From IMG/VR virus record IMGVR_UViG_3300017987_000006, positions 32,001-96,000 of that record: a stretch of 64,000 nt of DNA; one strand, 5' to 3'. Source of the DNA: a virus. The number at the start of each line of letters is the position of its first letter. Within the stretch, counting starts at the first letter, position 1. The translations under genes and the position numbers were made by a program. The notes beneath the pieces are model-generated. The model saw nothing but the letters and a program-made list of their open reading frames with translations. It did no database searches and was not told where the DNA came from. Positions 8,612 to 16,954 of this stretch are shown in pieces.

Positions 8612-9433
8612 CTAGGCCGCCTTGCCCTTTTTGGGAACCTTCGTCTTGGGAGCCTTCGTCTTGGGCTTGGGCAGCGAGCCCTTCTGGAGCTCCTCGACGG
8701 TGAGGAACTTGACGCGGCCGAAGCCCTGGGACCTCGAGCAGCCGAAGCCGTTATCTTGCGCCAGCTGCATGCAGTAGGTCAAGAACTCCTCGCTCATCCG
8801 CTTATCCTTCGGATCGGCAAACCATATCTCGAACTCGATGTAGGTACCGGGTTCCACGTAGTCGTGAAACTTGATCGTACTGCGCGGCCCCTGGGGGCCG
8901 ATGACGTGCGCCACCGTCTCTTCATGCCCGTCCGGCTCCACCAGCCGCTTCCTGTCCGCTTCCTTGTGTCCCTTGTCGTATAGGTAGACGCGGTCTGGGT
9001 GCTCGCAGCCCCGGATGAAGAATGAGTGCTGTAAGATCTGACGAACGCCGCGGTGTACGTTGGTCAGCCCCAGCACCGTTGCGGTCTCCTTGAAGCCGGC
9101 CTTGAGTTGCCGCGTCTCCAGAAAGATGCCATGTCCTTCCGGTTCGATCTTGTCCGGCTCCGCCTTGAACCCCGTCCAGGACTTGAGCTTCGCCTTCTCG
9201 CTCTCCTCTATGTCGTCATCGGACGACATCTCCTGGACGCGGGCTCTGGCCGCCTCCACGGTCTCGTCCTTGACCAGGCCCTTGCGGTGTCGTGCCTCGA
9301 GCATGGCCAGCTCGGATTCCGGATGTTTTGGCCAGCCGCCGAGCAGCCGGTTGGCCGTGACCATTGTCACCTTGTACTTCGTGTAGATGTTGACGTCGTG
9401 TTCGCGAACTAGTTCCTCAAAAGTCCTCTCCAT
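8612..9433 (-). CDS. solitary Cas7-like RAMP-superfamily protein
   Basis: beta1 YKVTMVTANRLLGGWP; LETRQLKAGFKETA (IPGSSLKGxxR-equivalent); HDYVEPGTYIEFEI; C-terminal G-rich loop GFGCSRSQGFGR; strong AAGGAG RBS with A/C-rich leader. Confidence 0.8.
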   Translation of the reverse strand: MERTFEELVREHDVNIYTKYKVTMVTANRLLGGWPKHPESELAMLEARHRKGLVKDETVEAARARVQEMSSDDDIEESEKAKLKSWTGFKAEPDKIEPEGHGIFLETRQLKAGFKETATVLGLTNVHRGVRQILQHSFFIRGCEHPDRVYLYDKGHKEADRKRLVEPDGHEETVAHVIGPQGPRSTIKFHDYVEPGTYIEFEIWFADPKDKRMSEEFLTYCMQLAQDNGFGCSRSQGFGRVKFLTVEELQKGSLPKPKTKAPKTKVPKKGKAA

Positions 9434-9473
9434 TTGAGATCTCCTTGTTATTGAGGTTGTTGTGAAAGGGAGC

Positions 9474-10154
9474 TTAGCGCTCCCAAAGAATTGTGAGTTC
9501 GTCGTCCTGTACGTGGATCCATCCGCCAGACGTCTTGTTCTGGTATACTTGCACTACTTGCTGGCACCAGGGCGGCGGCGGGCCGTTCCACATGGACAAG
9601 GCCCCTTCGAGCCTGACAAACTCTCCGGCGTCAGGCTCGAAACATCCCACAGGTAGCGTGACCCGCGGCTTGGGAGTCCTGGGCGTCCCCCAGGTCTTCG
9701 ATTTCGTCTTCGATTCCAGCAGCGCGATGTAGAAGTTCCTCAATGGGATACAAGCCCCTTTCTCGATCAATGTGACCTGTTTCTCTTTCCACTCGTCCTG
9801 CCACAGCTCCTCATCGATCTCGTGCAGCGTCCCATCCCGTCCGGCTTCTACGATCTTCCCCTCGTGTAGGAAAGCGTAGAGGTTTCCTCCTTTGCACCAA
9901 CCGAGGGCGGGGATCAAATCGCGCGGAACCATCTGTCCGATGTCGTCCCACTCCACCAGGTGCATGTAGAACGTTCTGTCCTCTGCACCACTCGCCCAGA
10001 CCTTGCGCCCATTGACGCTGATCTTCACATGACAGAAGTGTCCCAGCTGCTTGACGCGTCCTGAGCGCTTGATGATGCCGATCATGGGCAAATCCGGTTT
10101 GGGGCCTTCAACCCCAAACCAGATCTGCTTGACGTACCAACTGTACTCACTCAC
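9474..10154 (-). CDS. hypothetical protein immediately upstream of the RAMP gene
   Basis: 226-aa ORF, same strand, 40-nt gap. Confidence 0.7.
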   Translation of the reverse strand: MSEYSWYVKQIWFGVEGPKPDLPMIGIIKRSGRVKQLGHFCHVKISVNGRKVWASGAEDRTFYMHLVEWDDIGQMVPRDLIPALGWCKGGNLYAFLHEGKIVEAGRDGTLHEIDEELWQDEWKEKQVTLIEKGACIPLRNFYIALLESKTKSKTWGTPRTPKPRVTLPVGCFEPDAGEFVRLEGALSMWNGPPPPWCQQVVQVYQNKTSGGWIHVQDDELTILWER

Positions 10155-10399
10155 GATTTTGCTCCGGGCAACCTGAGCGCCTCCAGGCGTTCACATTCAT
10201 CAAGCGTGCTGGCCAGTCCGTGTTCGTTGAAAAAGTCTTGCGCTCTCTCTTGGGCCGACCAAGAAATGGAACAGTGTGTTGACTCCGCGGCGTGGATCGC
10301 ACGCGCAAGCCGCAACGCCGCACGGTCTTCCACACCAGGGTAATGTCCGGCCGGATGCAGCTTCCTGAGATCTGCTTTTCTGAACGGCTTATCACCCAT
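10151..10399 (-). CDS. hypothetical protein
   Basis: start reassigned to MGDKPF; overlaps neighbours. Confidence 0.5.
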   Translation of the reverse strand: MGDKPFRKADLRKLHPAGHYPGVEDRAALRLARAIHAAESTHCSISWSAQERAQDFFNEHGLASTLDECERLEALRLPGAKS

Positions 10400-10949
10400 C
10401 TTTTGCGATCTCCATCTCAACACCAAGCGCCTTACACGCTTCGGCGTAAGCGTCTGCTAGGCCGACCCAAGACTCATCATCTGCGGGCACCAACGATCTT
10501 CTGCCACCACGATCACGAACCCCGCCGATGGCGCTGACGAAGGATTCGAGCGCCGCGTCTTTGGCTACGATCTGTTCTGTCTGCTCCGCTATGATCTTCT
10601 GCAACTCCTCGACATTATCCTTGGCGTAAACCCGCTTCATCGTTCCCTCGAACTCCTCTTGTGTGGGGGGAGCGGGGAGCACCATCTTCGGGGCCACGCC
10701 AAGACTGTTGCAGGCCATCATGTAGGCGTCTCCTAAACCGGTCCATGGCTTACCGTTGGTTCTCATACGGACGCCGCCCTTCAAGTTCACGTAGTCCACG
10801 AGCGTCTTTAGGGCTACCCGTTCAAGCTCGTTGGGTCCTTCGCCATCAAGCGCTTGCGCAATGCGCTTGATGGCCTTGATCAAATCGGGGACATCGACCT
10901 CGAAGAATCGCACCCACATCCGTGTTTGAAAGAACTCCAGTCCACTCAT
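10392..10949 (-). CDS. hypothetical protein with internally duplicated W.GL.DAY..AC..LGV motif
   Basis: GGAGGGG RBS, ATG 10949; KPWTGLGDAYMMACNSLGV and ESWVGLADAYAEACKALGV. Confidence 0.65.
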   Translation of the reverse strand: MSGLEFFQTRMWVRFFEVDVPDLIKAIKRIAQALDGEGPNELERVALKTLVDYVNLKGGVRMRTNGKPWTGLGDAYMMACNSLGVAPKMVLPAPPTQEEFEGTMKRVYAKDNVEELQKIIAEQTEQIVAKDAALESFVSAIGGVRDRGGRRSLVPADDESWVGLADAYAEACKALGVEMEIAKDG

Positions 10950-11299
10950 TGTTTCCCCTCCGTGTAGCGTACCGCCTCTGCGATGCGTTGTCTTAAGATC
11001 TTGTGATAGAACGCTGCATCCTTGTTCCCCTCTTTCTCCATCTTCGCCGCTTGTCGCTCGCATACACCTTGGAGGGCGCGGAGACGACCTTCTATGTTCA
11101 CGTCTTCGTCCTTCACGTCAAACAGGTACATCCTTCCTGCGAAGTCGCAAGCGTTACACACCGTCTCCGTCACTTGTTCTATGTTCTCTGTTGGATCTCG
11201 CGCCTCGTCCACAATCACCCACCGCTTACCATCCACGAGCTGGTAAACCGTGTGGATGGCCGCGCGTAGATCGGTAGAACCGCACTCTGGGCACTTCAC
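10946..11299 (-). CDS. Zn-ribbon protein
   Basis: AAGGAGG RBS + GTG; CPECGS...CNAC. Confidence 0.65.
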   Translation of the reverse strand: MKCPECGSTDLRAAIHTVYQLVDGKRWVIVDEARDPTENIEQVTETVCNACDFAGRMYLFDVKDEDVNIEGRLRALQGVCERQAAKMEKEGNKDAAFYHKILRQRIAEAVRYTEGKQ

Positions 11300-11368
11300 G
11301 AATTGTCCTCCTTTTTGTTGAATGCTTCCGGGCATTCTTATCTGCAACGCTGCGCACTTGTTTATTGG

Positions 11369-11611
11369 CTAGTACTGCCCTTCTTTGTCGTACCAGGCAG
11401 CGTTTCTTGGCTTATCGAGGTCCACAACCAGCAGGTCGTAACCATACTGGTTATGCCTCAGACAGTAGGAAGTTGACTCTATCCGCTCGATCTCCTTCCG
11501 GGCTTCAGAATGCGTCCCAAATAGTAGTGGCTCATTGTTTTCATCTCGCACGATCTCGCTTTTGTTCGAAGACGGCGCGTGGAACTTCATGATGTGTTTG
11601 ATCACGTACAT
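11369..11611 (-). CDS. hypothetical protein
   Basis: start reassigned to MYVIKH. Confidence 0.5.
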   Translation of the reverse strand: MYVIKHIMKFHAPSSNKSEIVRDENNEPLLFGTHSEARKEIERIESTSYCLRHNQYGYDLLVVDLDKPRNAAWYDKEGQY

Positions 11612-11613
11612 TT

Positions 11614-11928
11614 TTATTTGGTTGCCTCGCGGCCCATGAACGCGTGGAGCTGTTCCTCGAACAGATACGCCGCTTGCCTCCAGAAGTCTCGATCCCACCG
11701 CATCATTTCCTCTTTGCTGCGCAGCTCCTTGCAGCTCTCGGCCAGTTCGTTGACCCGGGCCTCGTTCGCCTCTTGGATCTCGATGATGGTCCTGTCTCGC
11801 TCTCCGATAATCCTGTGCGCATCGTCTAATGCCTCGTCCATGTTCTTGATCACTTTGATCAGTCGCGCCTTGTTGCATTTCTCCAGAGGACGGACCTCTG
11901 GATCATTGTCGACGAGTAGCTTGCCCAT
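11614..11928 (-). CDS. coiled-coil hypothetical protein
   Basis: start reassigned to MGKLLV; overlaps upstream TGA. Confidence 0.55.
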   Translation of the reverse strand: MGKLLVDNDPEVRPLEKCNKARLIKVIKNMDEALDDAHRIIGERDRTIIEIQEANEARVNELAESCKELRSKEEMMRWDRDFWRQAAYLFEEQLHAFMGREATK

Positions 11929-12197
11929 CAGTTCAGCGGCCTTTTGCTGATCTTGCCCGCCTTCTCCAGTCCCTCCACCAGCTTCTTGTTCTCCTCCGCT
12001 CCCCGATCTCTCCATCCCGCTTTCAGTTCCCGCTCCGCGTCCTCGCGCTTCTTGTAGTAACCGCTGAGTCTGCTGTAGGGAACGCCGCACGGTTCGAGTT
12101 GACCGATGTAGTAGCCGGCCGCGCTGGAGCACACCTGGATGGGCAGCTCGGCGGGGTCGTACTCCTCATCGGTTAGAGTGTCTTTCAATTTTTCCAC
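11928..12197 (-). CDS. phage hypothetical protein (SAAGYYIG...P.SR.S motif)
   Basis: AAAGGAGG RBS + GTG; motif I recall as recurring in phage/ICE proteins of unknown function. Confidence 0.65.
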   Translation of the reverse strand: MEKLKDTLTDEEYDPAELPIQVCSSAAGYYIGQLEPCGVPYSRLSGYYKKREDAERELKAGWRDRGAEENKKLVEGLEKAGKISKRPLN

Positions 12198-12345
12198 GGA
12201 GCCTCCTTTCTAGTTCCGCTTCGGCTAGGGCGACGTACTCCTCTCCCCCAGCCTTCTTTTCTTTCGCCAGAACCCCGTGCACCTGGGACTCGGTGCAGTT
12301 CTGGAGGTATCCATTGAAGTCCCAAATATCATCCGCGCTGATCAT
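12166..12345 (-). CDS. 59-aa hypothetical protein (not in ORF track)
   Basis: manual translation MISADDIWDFNGYLQNC...HSNR*; GGAG RBS; fills a gap in the leftward block. Confidence 0.45.
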   Translation of the reverse strand: MISADDIWDFNGYLQNCTESQVHGVLAKEKKAGGEEYVALAEAELERRLRGKIERHSNR

Positions 12346-12364
12346 TTCTCATCTCCGGCCAGTT

Positions 12365-12580
12365 TCAGATTGTGCTCTGAGTCTTCGCGCTGCGTTTCAG
12401 AAGCGAGCACATGTACCTGCTCGCCGTGTCTGCATCATCGAATGATTTTCGATCAATCTCGATTTCCACTCCTGTTTCACCCACCTCGATAGCCACTAGA
12501 TCTGCCGGCCCTTCCCAGTAATCAACGTCCGGGGCTTCCAGCTTTCCCGGGCGCACGACGCGCAAGATCATTTGGGGCAT
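12365..12580 (-). CDS. hypothetical protein
   Basis: AAGGAGG RBS, ATG 12580. Confidence 0.5.
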   Translation of the reverse strand: MPQMILRVVRPGKLEAPDVDYWEGPADLVAIEVGETGVEIEIDRKSFDDADTASRYMCSLLKRSAKTQSTI

Positions 12581-12864
12581 GCTTCGTCCTCCTTGATCTC
12601 TCCGGTCTCCAGATCTACCCACCCGACGAAGAGATACCTCCATCCCATCCCCGAGCTGGTGTCGGCGGGATATTTCTCTGGAGCCTCCTTGCAGGTGTTG
12701 TCTGGGCCGACGGCGAGGAATTGAAGGTGGCCGCAGTTTGCGCTGTCGAGGGCGTGGTTCTGGTATGCGGCCCACTCCGTGTTCTCGTGGTTGTATGGCG
12801 ACGAGCGCATTGCCTCCAGCGCTTCCGGGTGCGGTTTCTCATTGCCGATAAGCCTTTTGCTCAT
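12568..12864 (-). CDS. hypothetical protein
   Basis: AAGAGG RBS; 98 aa. Confidence 0.65.
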   Translation of the reverse strand: MSKRLIGNEKPHPEALEAMRSSPYNHENTEWAAYQNHALDSANCGHLQFLAVGPDNTCKEAPEKYPADTSSGMGWRYLFVGWVDLETGEIKEDEACPK

Positions 12865-12867
12865 TGA

Positions 12868-13212
12868 TTACCTCTTTTCATGTTCGTTCGATTTCAGATC
12901 CCACCGGTCGATCAATTTGGCGGCAGTTAGCTCCGCAGCGCTCGCCAGGTTGTGGGCGACGAGACTGAGACTCTCCCCGCTTAGTAGGTGAAGGTCGCCC
13001 GATTCCAGTTCCCGTGCGTTGCAAATCCGCACCGCGAGATTGACTACGTAGTGCGGACCCAGCAGTTGATCCCCTCCGTTGGGCTTCCTCTGAAATATAC
13101 TTGTCCAGGGCCTCAGCTTCTCTGCCGCATGAAGCAGGCTCTGTACTTGATCAGCCGCCTGAGCCTTCATGCTGTAATGATCGGCGAGCTTCTTCGCTTC
13201 ACTCGGATTCAT
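12868..13212 (-). CDS. hypothetical protein
   Basis: 114-aa ORF with RBS. Confidence 0.6.
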   Translation of the reverse strand: MNPSEAKKLADHYSMKAQAADQVQSLLHAAEKLRPWTSIFQRKPNGGDQLLGPHYVVNLAVRICNARELESGDLHLLSGESLSLVAHNLASAAELTAAKLIDRWDLKSNEHEKR

Positions 13213-13435
13213 AGCCTCTCCTCCTTACCCACTCGATGTGGGCCTTCTTGGCGGCCTCGAAGTCTCCAAGCTCTTTGACCAGCTCGGAGAACCTCGAGGC
13301 CGATTTCTCGGTTGCGAACATCTCTCCCGGGGGTGGGTCTGGAAGCACTTCCCCCGTGGCCAGCTTGATCTCGTTCGGCCCATGCACGCGGCCAAGCCGA
13401 ATCGTGCCTTCTCGGCTGACGTAGTAGAAGGCCAT
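13199..13435 (-). CDS. hypothetical protein
   Basis: 78-aa ORF coupled to neighbours. Confidence 0.6.
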   Translation of the reverse strand: MAFYYVSREGTIRLGRVHGPNEIKLATGEVLPDPPPGEMFATEKSASRFSELVKELGDFEAAKKAHIEWVRRRGYESE

Positions 13436-13863
13436 CAGTCTGTCTCCTCCGGCTCAGGGCCGCACTTCTCCTTCGGGCCGTCGAAGTGACCTGGAGGGGA
13501 GTCACTCTCGTCCTCGTCGCCTTGCAGCGCATCGATGATGTCGTGCCCGAGCCTCCATGCCGCCTCGTTGTCCGACTCGAACAGGCGACGCAACAGAACC
13601 GGAAGCGACTCTTTGCTGATGTGGCAGTCCAGCTTCACCGCCAGCACCATGCCCTTCACCATGGTCGTCTTGATCTCGTAGTGGTCTCCGAACTCGGGGA
13701 TGTAGCAGGCCTCCAGGTGTGCGTCGATGCCGATGTTGACCACCTTCTTCACGATCTCCAGCTCCTCACCCACCACCTGCATCACGAATGGCTCCTTCAT
13801 TTTCTTTCGTACGTCGTCGTAGGGGATGGAGCGGCCGAGATCGTCCTCGATGATGTTTGGCAT
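13435..13863 (-). CDS. hypothetical protein
   Basis: 142-aa ORF coupled to neighbours. Confidence 0.65.
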   Translation of the reverse strand: MPNIIEDDLGRSIPYDDVRKKMKEPFVMQVVGEELEIVKKVVNIGIDAHLEACYIPEFGDHYEIKTTMVKGMVLAVKLDCHISKESLPVLLRRLFESDNEAAWRLGHDIIDALQGDEDESDSPPGHFDGPKEKCGPEPEETD

Positions 13864-14393
13864 TAGATGTCTGCTCCATAGTCTCTCAGGAGGCGAACCA
13901 TCCTGAGTCGGTGTTTGGCCACCAACTTGTCGATATCTTTCTGCAGGTCGTTCATGGCCTGCGAGAAGAATCTGGAGAAGGCGTCATCGTCGCTCTGTAA
14001 CTCCTGCTGTTGTTTCGTGGGCGCTTGTTTGGGCCTCGTGGGTGCTTGTTTGGGCAGCTCGAGCTGCTTGTTCCTCCCGTTCTTGAACTCCGGTGCCGCA
14101 GCAGCAGTCTCTCTGGCTGCCTCCTTGCCCTTCTTCTTGAAGACGGCGAGGATCTTACTGGCCTGGGTCTTGGAGACCCGCTTCATGCGCCTGGCAAAGA
14201 TCTTCACGTTCTTCGTGGACGGTTTCTCTGTGATCAGATTGGTCGAGACGATGTACGCCTCATCCCCGGTCTTCCTGGCGGTTCTCACGCTTTGGATGCG
14301 GCAGACGATCACATCTCCGCTGTTCTTGCTGCGGTACTTCGCGGCGTAGTAGTGCCCCTTGATGAAAGGGCTCTGTTTTCGCTTCTTGGTCAT
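13863..14393 (-). CDS. basic hypothetical protein
   Basis: 176-aa Lys-rich ORF; short KQAPT duplication. Confidence 0.65.
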   Translation of the reverse strand: MTKKRKQSPFIKGHYYAAKYRSKNSGDVIVCRIQSVRTARKTGDEAYIVSTNLITEKPSTKNVKIFARRMKRVSKTQASKILAVFKKKGKEAARETAAAAPEFKNGRNKQLELPKQAPTRPKQAPTKQQQELQSDDDAFSRFFSQAMNDLQKDIDKLVAKHRLRMVRLLRDYGADI

Positions 14394-14629
14394 AGTTTCA
14401 ACACCTTCTTGTTTTTATCGAGCAAATCGTCGATGAGGTTGAGCGCGCCCAGGAGGACGCCCGTGTCCAAATCGCTGAGGTCGTCGCTTTTACATGCCGC
14501 TTCGTGCTCCGCCGCGATCAGTTCCCGCACCTTCTTGATCTGCTTGATCTGAACGGGTGCGGGGGACCAGATGCTCCATAGCCTTACGCCTGTTCGGCAG
14601 GTGAGATGCTCGTGCATCTTGTAGTCCAT
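14390..14629 (-). CDS. hypothetical protein
   Basis: 79-aa ORF, GAAAGGAGG upstream. Confidence 0.55.
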   Translation of the reverse strand: MDYKMHEHLTCRTGVRLWSIWSPAPVQIKQIKKVRELIAAEHEAACKSDDLSDLDTGVLLGALNLIDDLLDKNKKVLKL

Positions 14630-14824
14630 TCACAGCCTCCTTTCTGGATCTGATATGGTCTTTCGGGCTTTCATTAACAGTTCCCTGACCTCTCCCGGGA
14701 ACGCTTCCTTCTTGGGGTGATCGCGCATCTCGTTGATGTCTTCGCCACGGGCTGCGACGCAGCAGGTCTCGTAGGTGTACGGTTTGCTCACCTGGTCCCC
14801 GTGTGCATTGGGATCGACGCCCAC
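14630..14824 (-). CDS. hypothetical protein
   Basis: short ORF filling a gap; start uncertain. Confidence 0.4.
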   Translation of the reverse strand: MGVDPNAHGDQVSKPYTYETCCVAARGEDINEMRDHPKKEAFPGEVRELLMKARKTISDPERRL

Positions 14825-15111
14825 ACCTCAGCCCTGGGGCAGTAGCCGCCTGTGGATAGCGGCTCACCCAGTGTCAGCTGATAGTGCTGCGCGGCAGGGT
14901 TGCTCGGCGTCGCTTGCGCCACGCCGTCGTCGCGTGGACCCCCGCAGCATCGTAGCCCAGTGGTCCGCTCCAGCGACCGGACTACAGCATCGATTGACGA
15001 CTCATAGTCGTGGCGTACAGCGTATGCAGCCACGCTCAGACCGTCTATGCCGCGGCCCCAAATGTTGAAATGAACTCTCATTCTTCCGCCTCCCATTCTT
15101 TGCTGTGTCAT
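14788..15111 (-). CDS. hypothetical protein
   Basis: 107-aa ORF; real start may be MRVHF. Confidence 0.5.
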   Translation of the reverse strand: MTQQRMGGGRMRVHFNIWGRGIDGLSVAAYAVRHDYESSIDAVVRSLERTTGLRCCGGPRDDGVAQATPSNPAAQHYQLTLGEPLSTGGYCPRAEVWASIPMHTGTR

Positions 15112-15404
15112 ACGCTCTTGGGTAAGTATCCAAGCTGTGCCTTGGCCTCATCCCGTGCGGCCTTGGCCAGCTCCTTCAGATGTCTGAGCGCCATGGCTGG
15201 TGCGATGGTCACATGGATGCCATCGGAATAGCTGCCAGATCGATTGCGGCTTTTTGGATACACGGATATCCGGTAGCCGGTGAGACCGCTGTCCTTGCTC
15301 GTTCTGGCCAGATAGCGCAGCAGCGTGGTATTGTTGATTGTGTCTACCAGCGCAGTGGCCCGCTTCGCCAACTTGTGTAACTTCTCGGCGTCTGTCTTCT
15401 TCAC
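15108..15404 (-). CDS. hypothetical protein
   Basis: GAGGAGGAG RBS + GTG 15404. Confidence 0.55.
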   Translation of the reverse strand: MKKTDAEKLHKLAKRATALVDTINNTTLLRYLARTSKDSGLTGYRISVYPKSRNRSGSYSDGIHVTIAPAMALRHLKELAKAARDEAKAQLGYLPKSV

Positions 15405-15466
15405 TTCAGCTCCTCCTCTTGGCGTTCGGCTGCCTCCAAATTCAGTTTGTTGATAATAGCCTGCAT

Positions 15467-16954
15467 TTACAACTCCTCGTTGATGCACTCGTTGAGATCT
15501 TTGTTCCTCCTGAAGCTGAGAACCTTGGGGAAGGTGAGTGCGTTGCTATCCTGCCCCTTGGATATGTAGCTTCGGTCCTGGTATCCCACTTGCAGGACAC
15601 CGATCCACATCCCTTCATCAGCGATGCGCTTGCGTTGGGCGTCCGTCAGGCCGCCGCTCACCTCGCCGATGTAATGCTTCACCCCATCCTTGTCGTACTG
15701 GTACAAACTGATCGATCCGACCCGCTTCATGTTCTTGCCGGTGCCGTAGGCTCCGTTCGTCTTCAACCGCTTGCCGCATACGGCACACTTACCGCTGCTC
15801 GTCTGCTTCTGCAGCGCGCCATGGTCAGGGACATGACATTTCGTGGTGCAGTGCTCGCGCATGCCGTCAGGTTCCCAGATCCCGATGAAGTCGTCCTCCA
15901 GGGCGTTCTTGACCTTCCAGCAGACGTTCGGCCGATCTGGCTGACCAAGGAAGCTGAGATGCTTCTCGCCCAGCGATCCCCAACAGTCGTACACCACCCA
16001 TCCCTCGTACCCGTACTTCCTCATCTCTGAGATCATGTCGTCGTAAGGCTCGGCAGCAATGTCTGGGCCGTGTACGAACTTGCAGAGATGGAGTCCGGTG
16101 TGACCTCCCCACCCATCGACGAGCTCCATCAACCAGTCGAGCCAGAAGCTACAGCTGTGGTCCTTCTCGAGGTTGTCCCCTTCCCAGAAGGGCATACGGA
16201 ACACGTAGGCGTGGACCAGGCCGAGCTTGCGCTGCATCTCAATCGCCCGCTCCGGCAGAGAGTTGGCGATTTGCTGCATCGCCTTGAATTCTTCTTTCGT
16301 CTTTCCTTCGCCGATGTAGAACTCACAGAGCAAGATCGTCTCGGCGGGGAGCAGGGCCTCGAACTCCTCGACCAGGTGCGGGAACTTGTCGTTCTCGACC
16401 TTCATCTTCCCGCGGGATTGGATCCACACAGATCCGTCTCGGTCTTTGGAGACCACGAAGCACATCCCGTTCTTCTTCACGGTCCAGGCCAGCGGGGGAC
16501 CTCCTACACTCCTCCCAGACTTCCGTGATTCGAGCTTCCGCAGCTTCTCCTCCTTGATCGAGTTGACGGGCTTCGAGAAGGCCACGTTGTTGGGCAGCGG
16601 GCCATCGAAAGAGATCTGCTGGGAGCGGGTAACGCCGCCGAGCTCCTCTTCCAACATCGTCGCGAACTTGCCCTTGCTCGGCTTCACAATGATCTCGTAC
16701 CCCGCCTGCGCTTTCTTCTTGACGTCGCGGACAAGCTGCTCAAGCGCGGAACGTTCTGGAGAGATCCAGGCTTTCGTGCCCTTCTTTCCCTTCTCACCAG
16801 GAATGTCCACCGTCTCCTGGATCTTCCCGTCCAACACGCCCCACTGGGTGATGACCTCGTCCCCGTCTACCCATCCAGCCCAGACCTGCGTGTTCTTCTT
16901 GGCCTCCCGCTGCATGCTGCAGTAGGTCTTCTTACTCCTGGGTGTCTTTCTCAT
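15467..16954 (-). CDS. ATP-dependent DNA ligase with N-terminal WGR-like domain
   Basis: motif I TVKKNGM, III LLCEFY, IV YEGWVV, V WKVKNALEDDF, OB-fold ending FPKVLSFRRNK; N-terminal QWGVLDGKIQ...KKKAQAGY. Confidence 0.8.
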   Translation of the reverse strand: MRKTPRSKKTYCSMQREAKKNTQVWAGWVDGDEVITQWGVLDGKIQETVDIPGEKGKKGTKAWISPERSALEQLVRDVKKKAQAGYEIIVKPSKGKFATMLEEELGGVTRSQQISFDGPLPNNVAFSKPVNSIKEEKLRKLESRKSGRSVGGPPLAWTVKKNGMCFVVSKDRDGSVWIQSRGKMKVENDKFPHLVEEFEALLPAETILLCEFYIGEGKTKEEFKAMQQIANSLPERAIEMQRKLGLVHAYVFRMPFWEGDNLEKDHSCSFWLDWLMELVDGWGGHTGLHLCKFVHGPDIAAEPYDDMISEMRKYGYEGWVVYDCWGSLGEKHLSFLGQPDRPNVCWKVKNALEDDFIGIWEPDGMREHCTTKCHVPDHGALQKQTSSGKCAVCGKRLKTNGAYGTGKNMKRVGSISLYQYDKDGVKHYIGEVSGGLTDAQRKRIADEGMWIGVLQVGYQDRSYISKGQDSNALTFPKVLSFRRNKDLNECINEEL

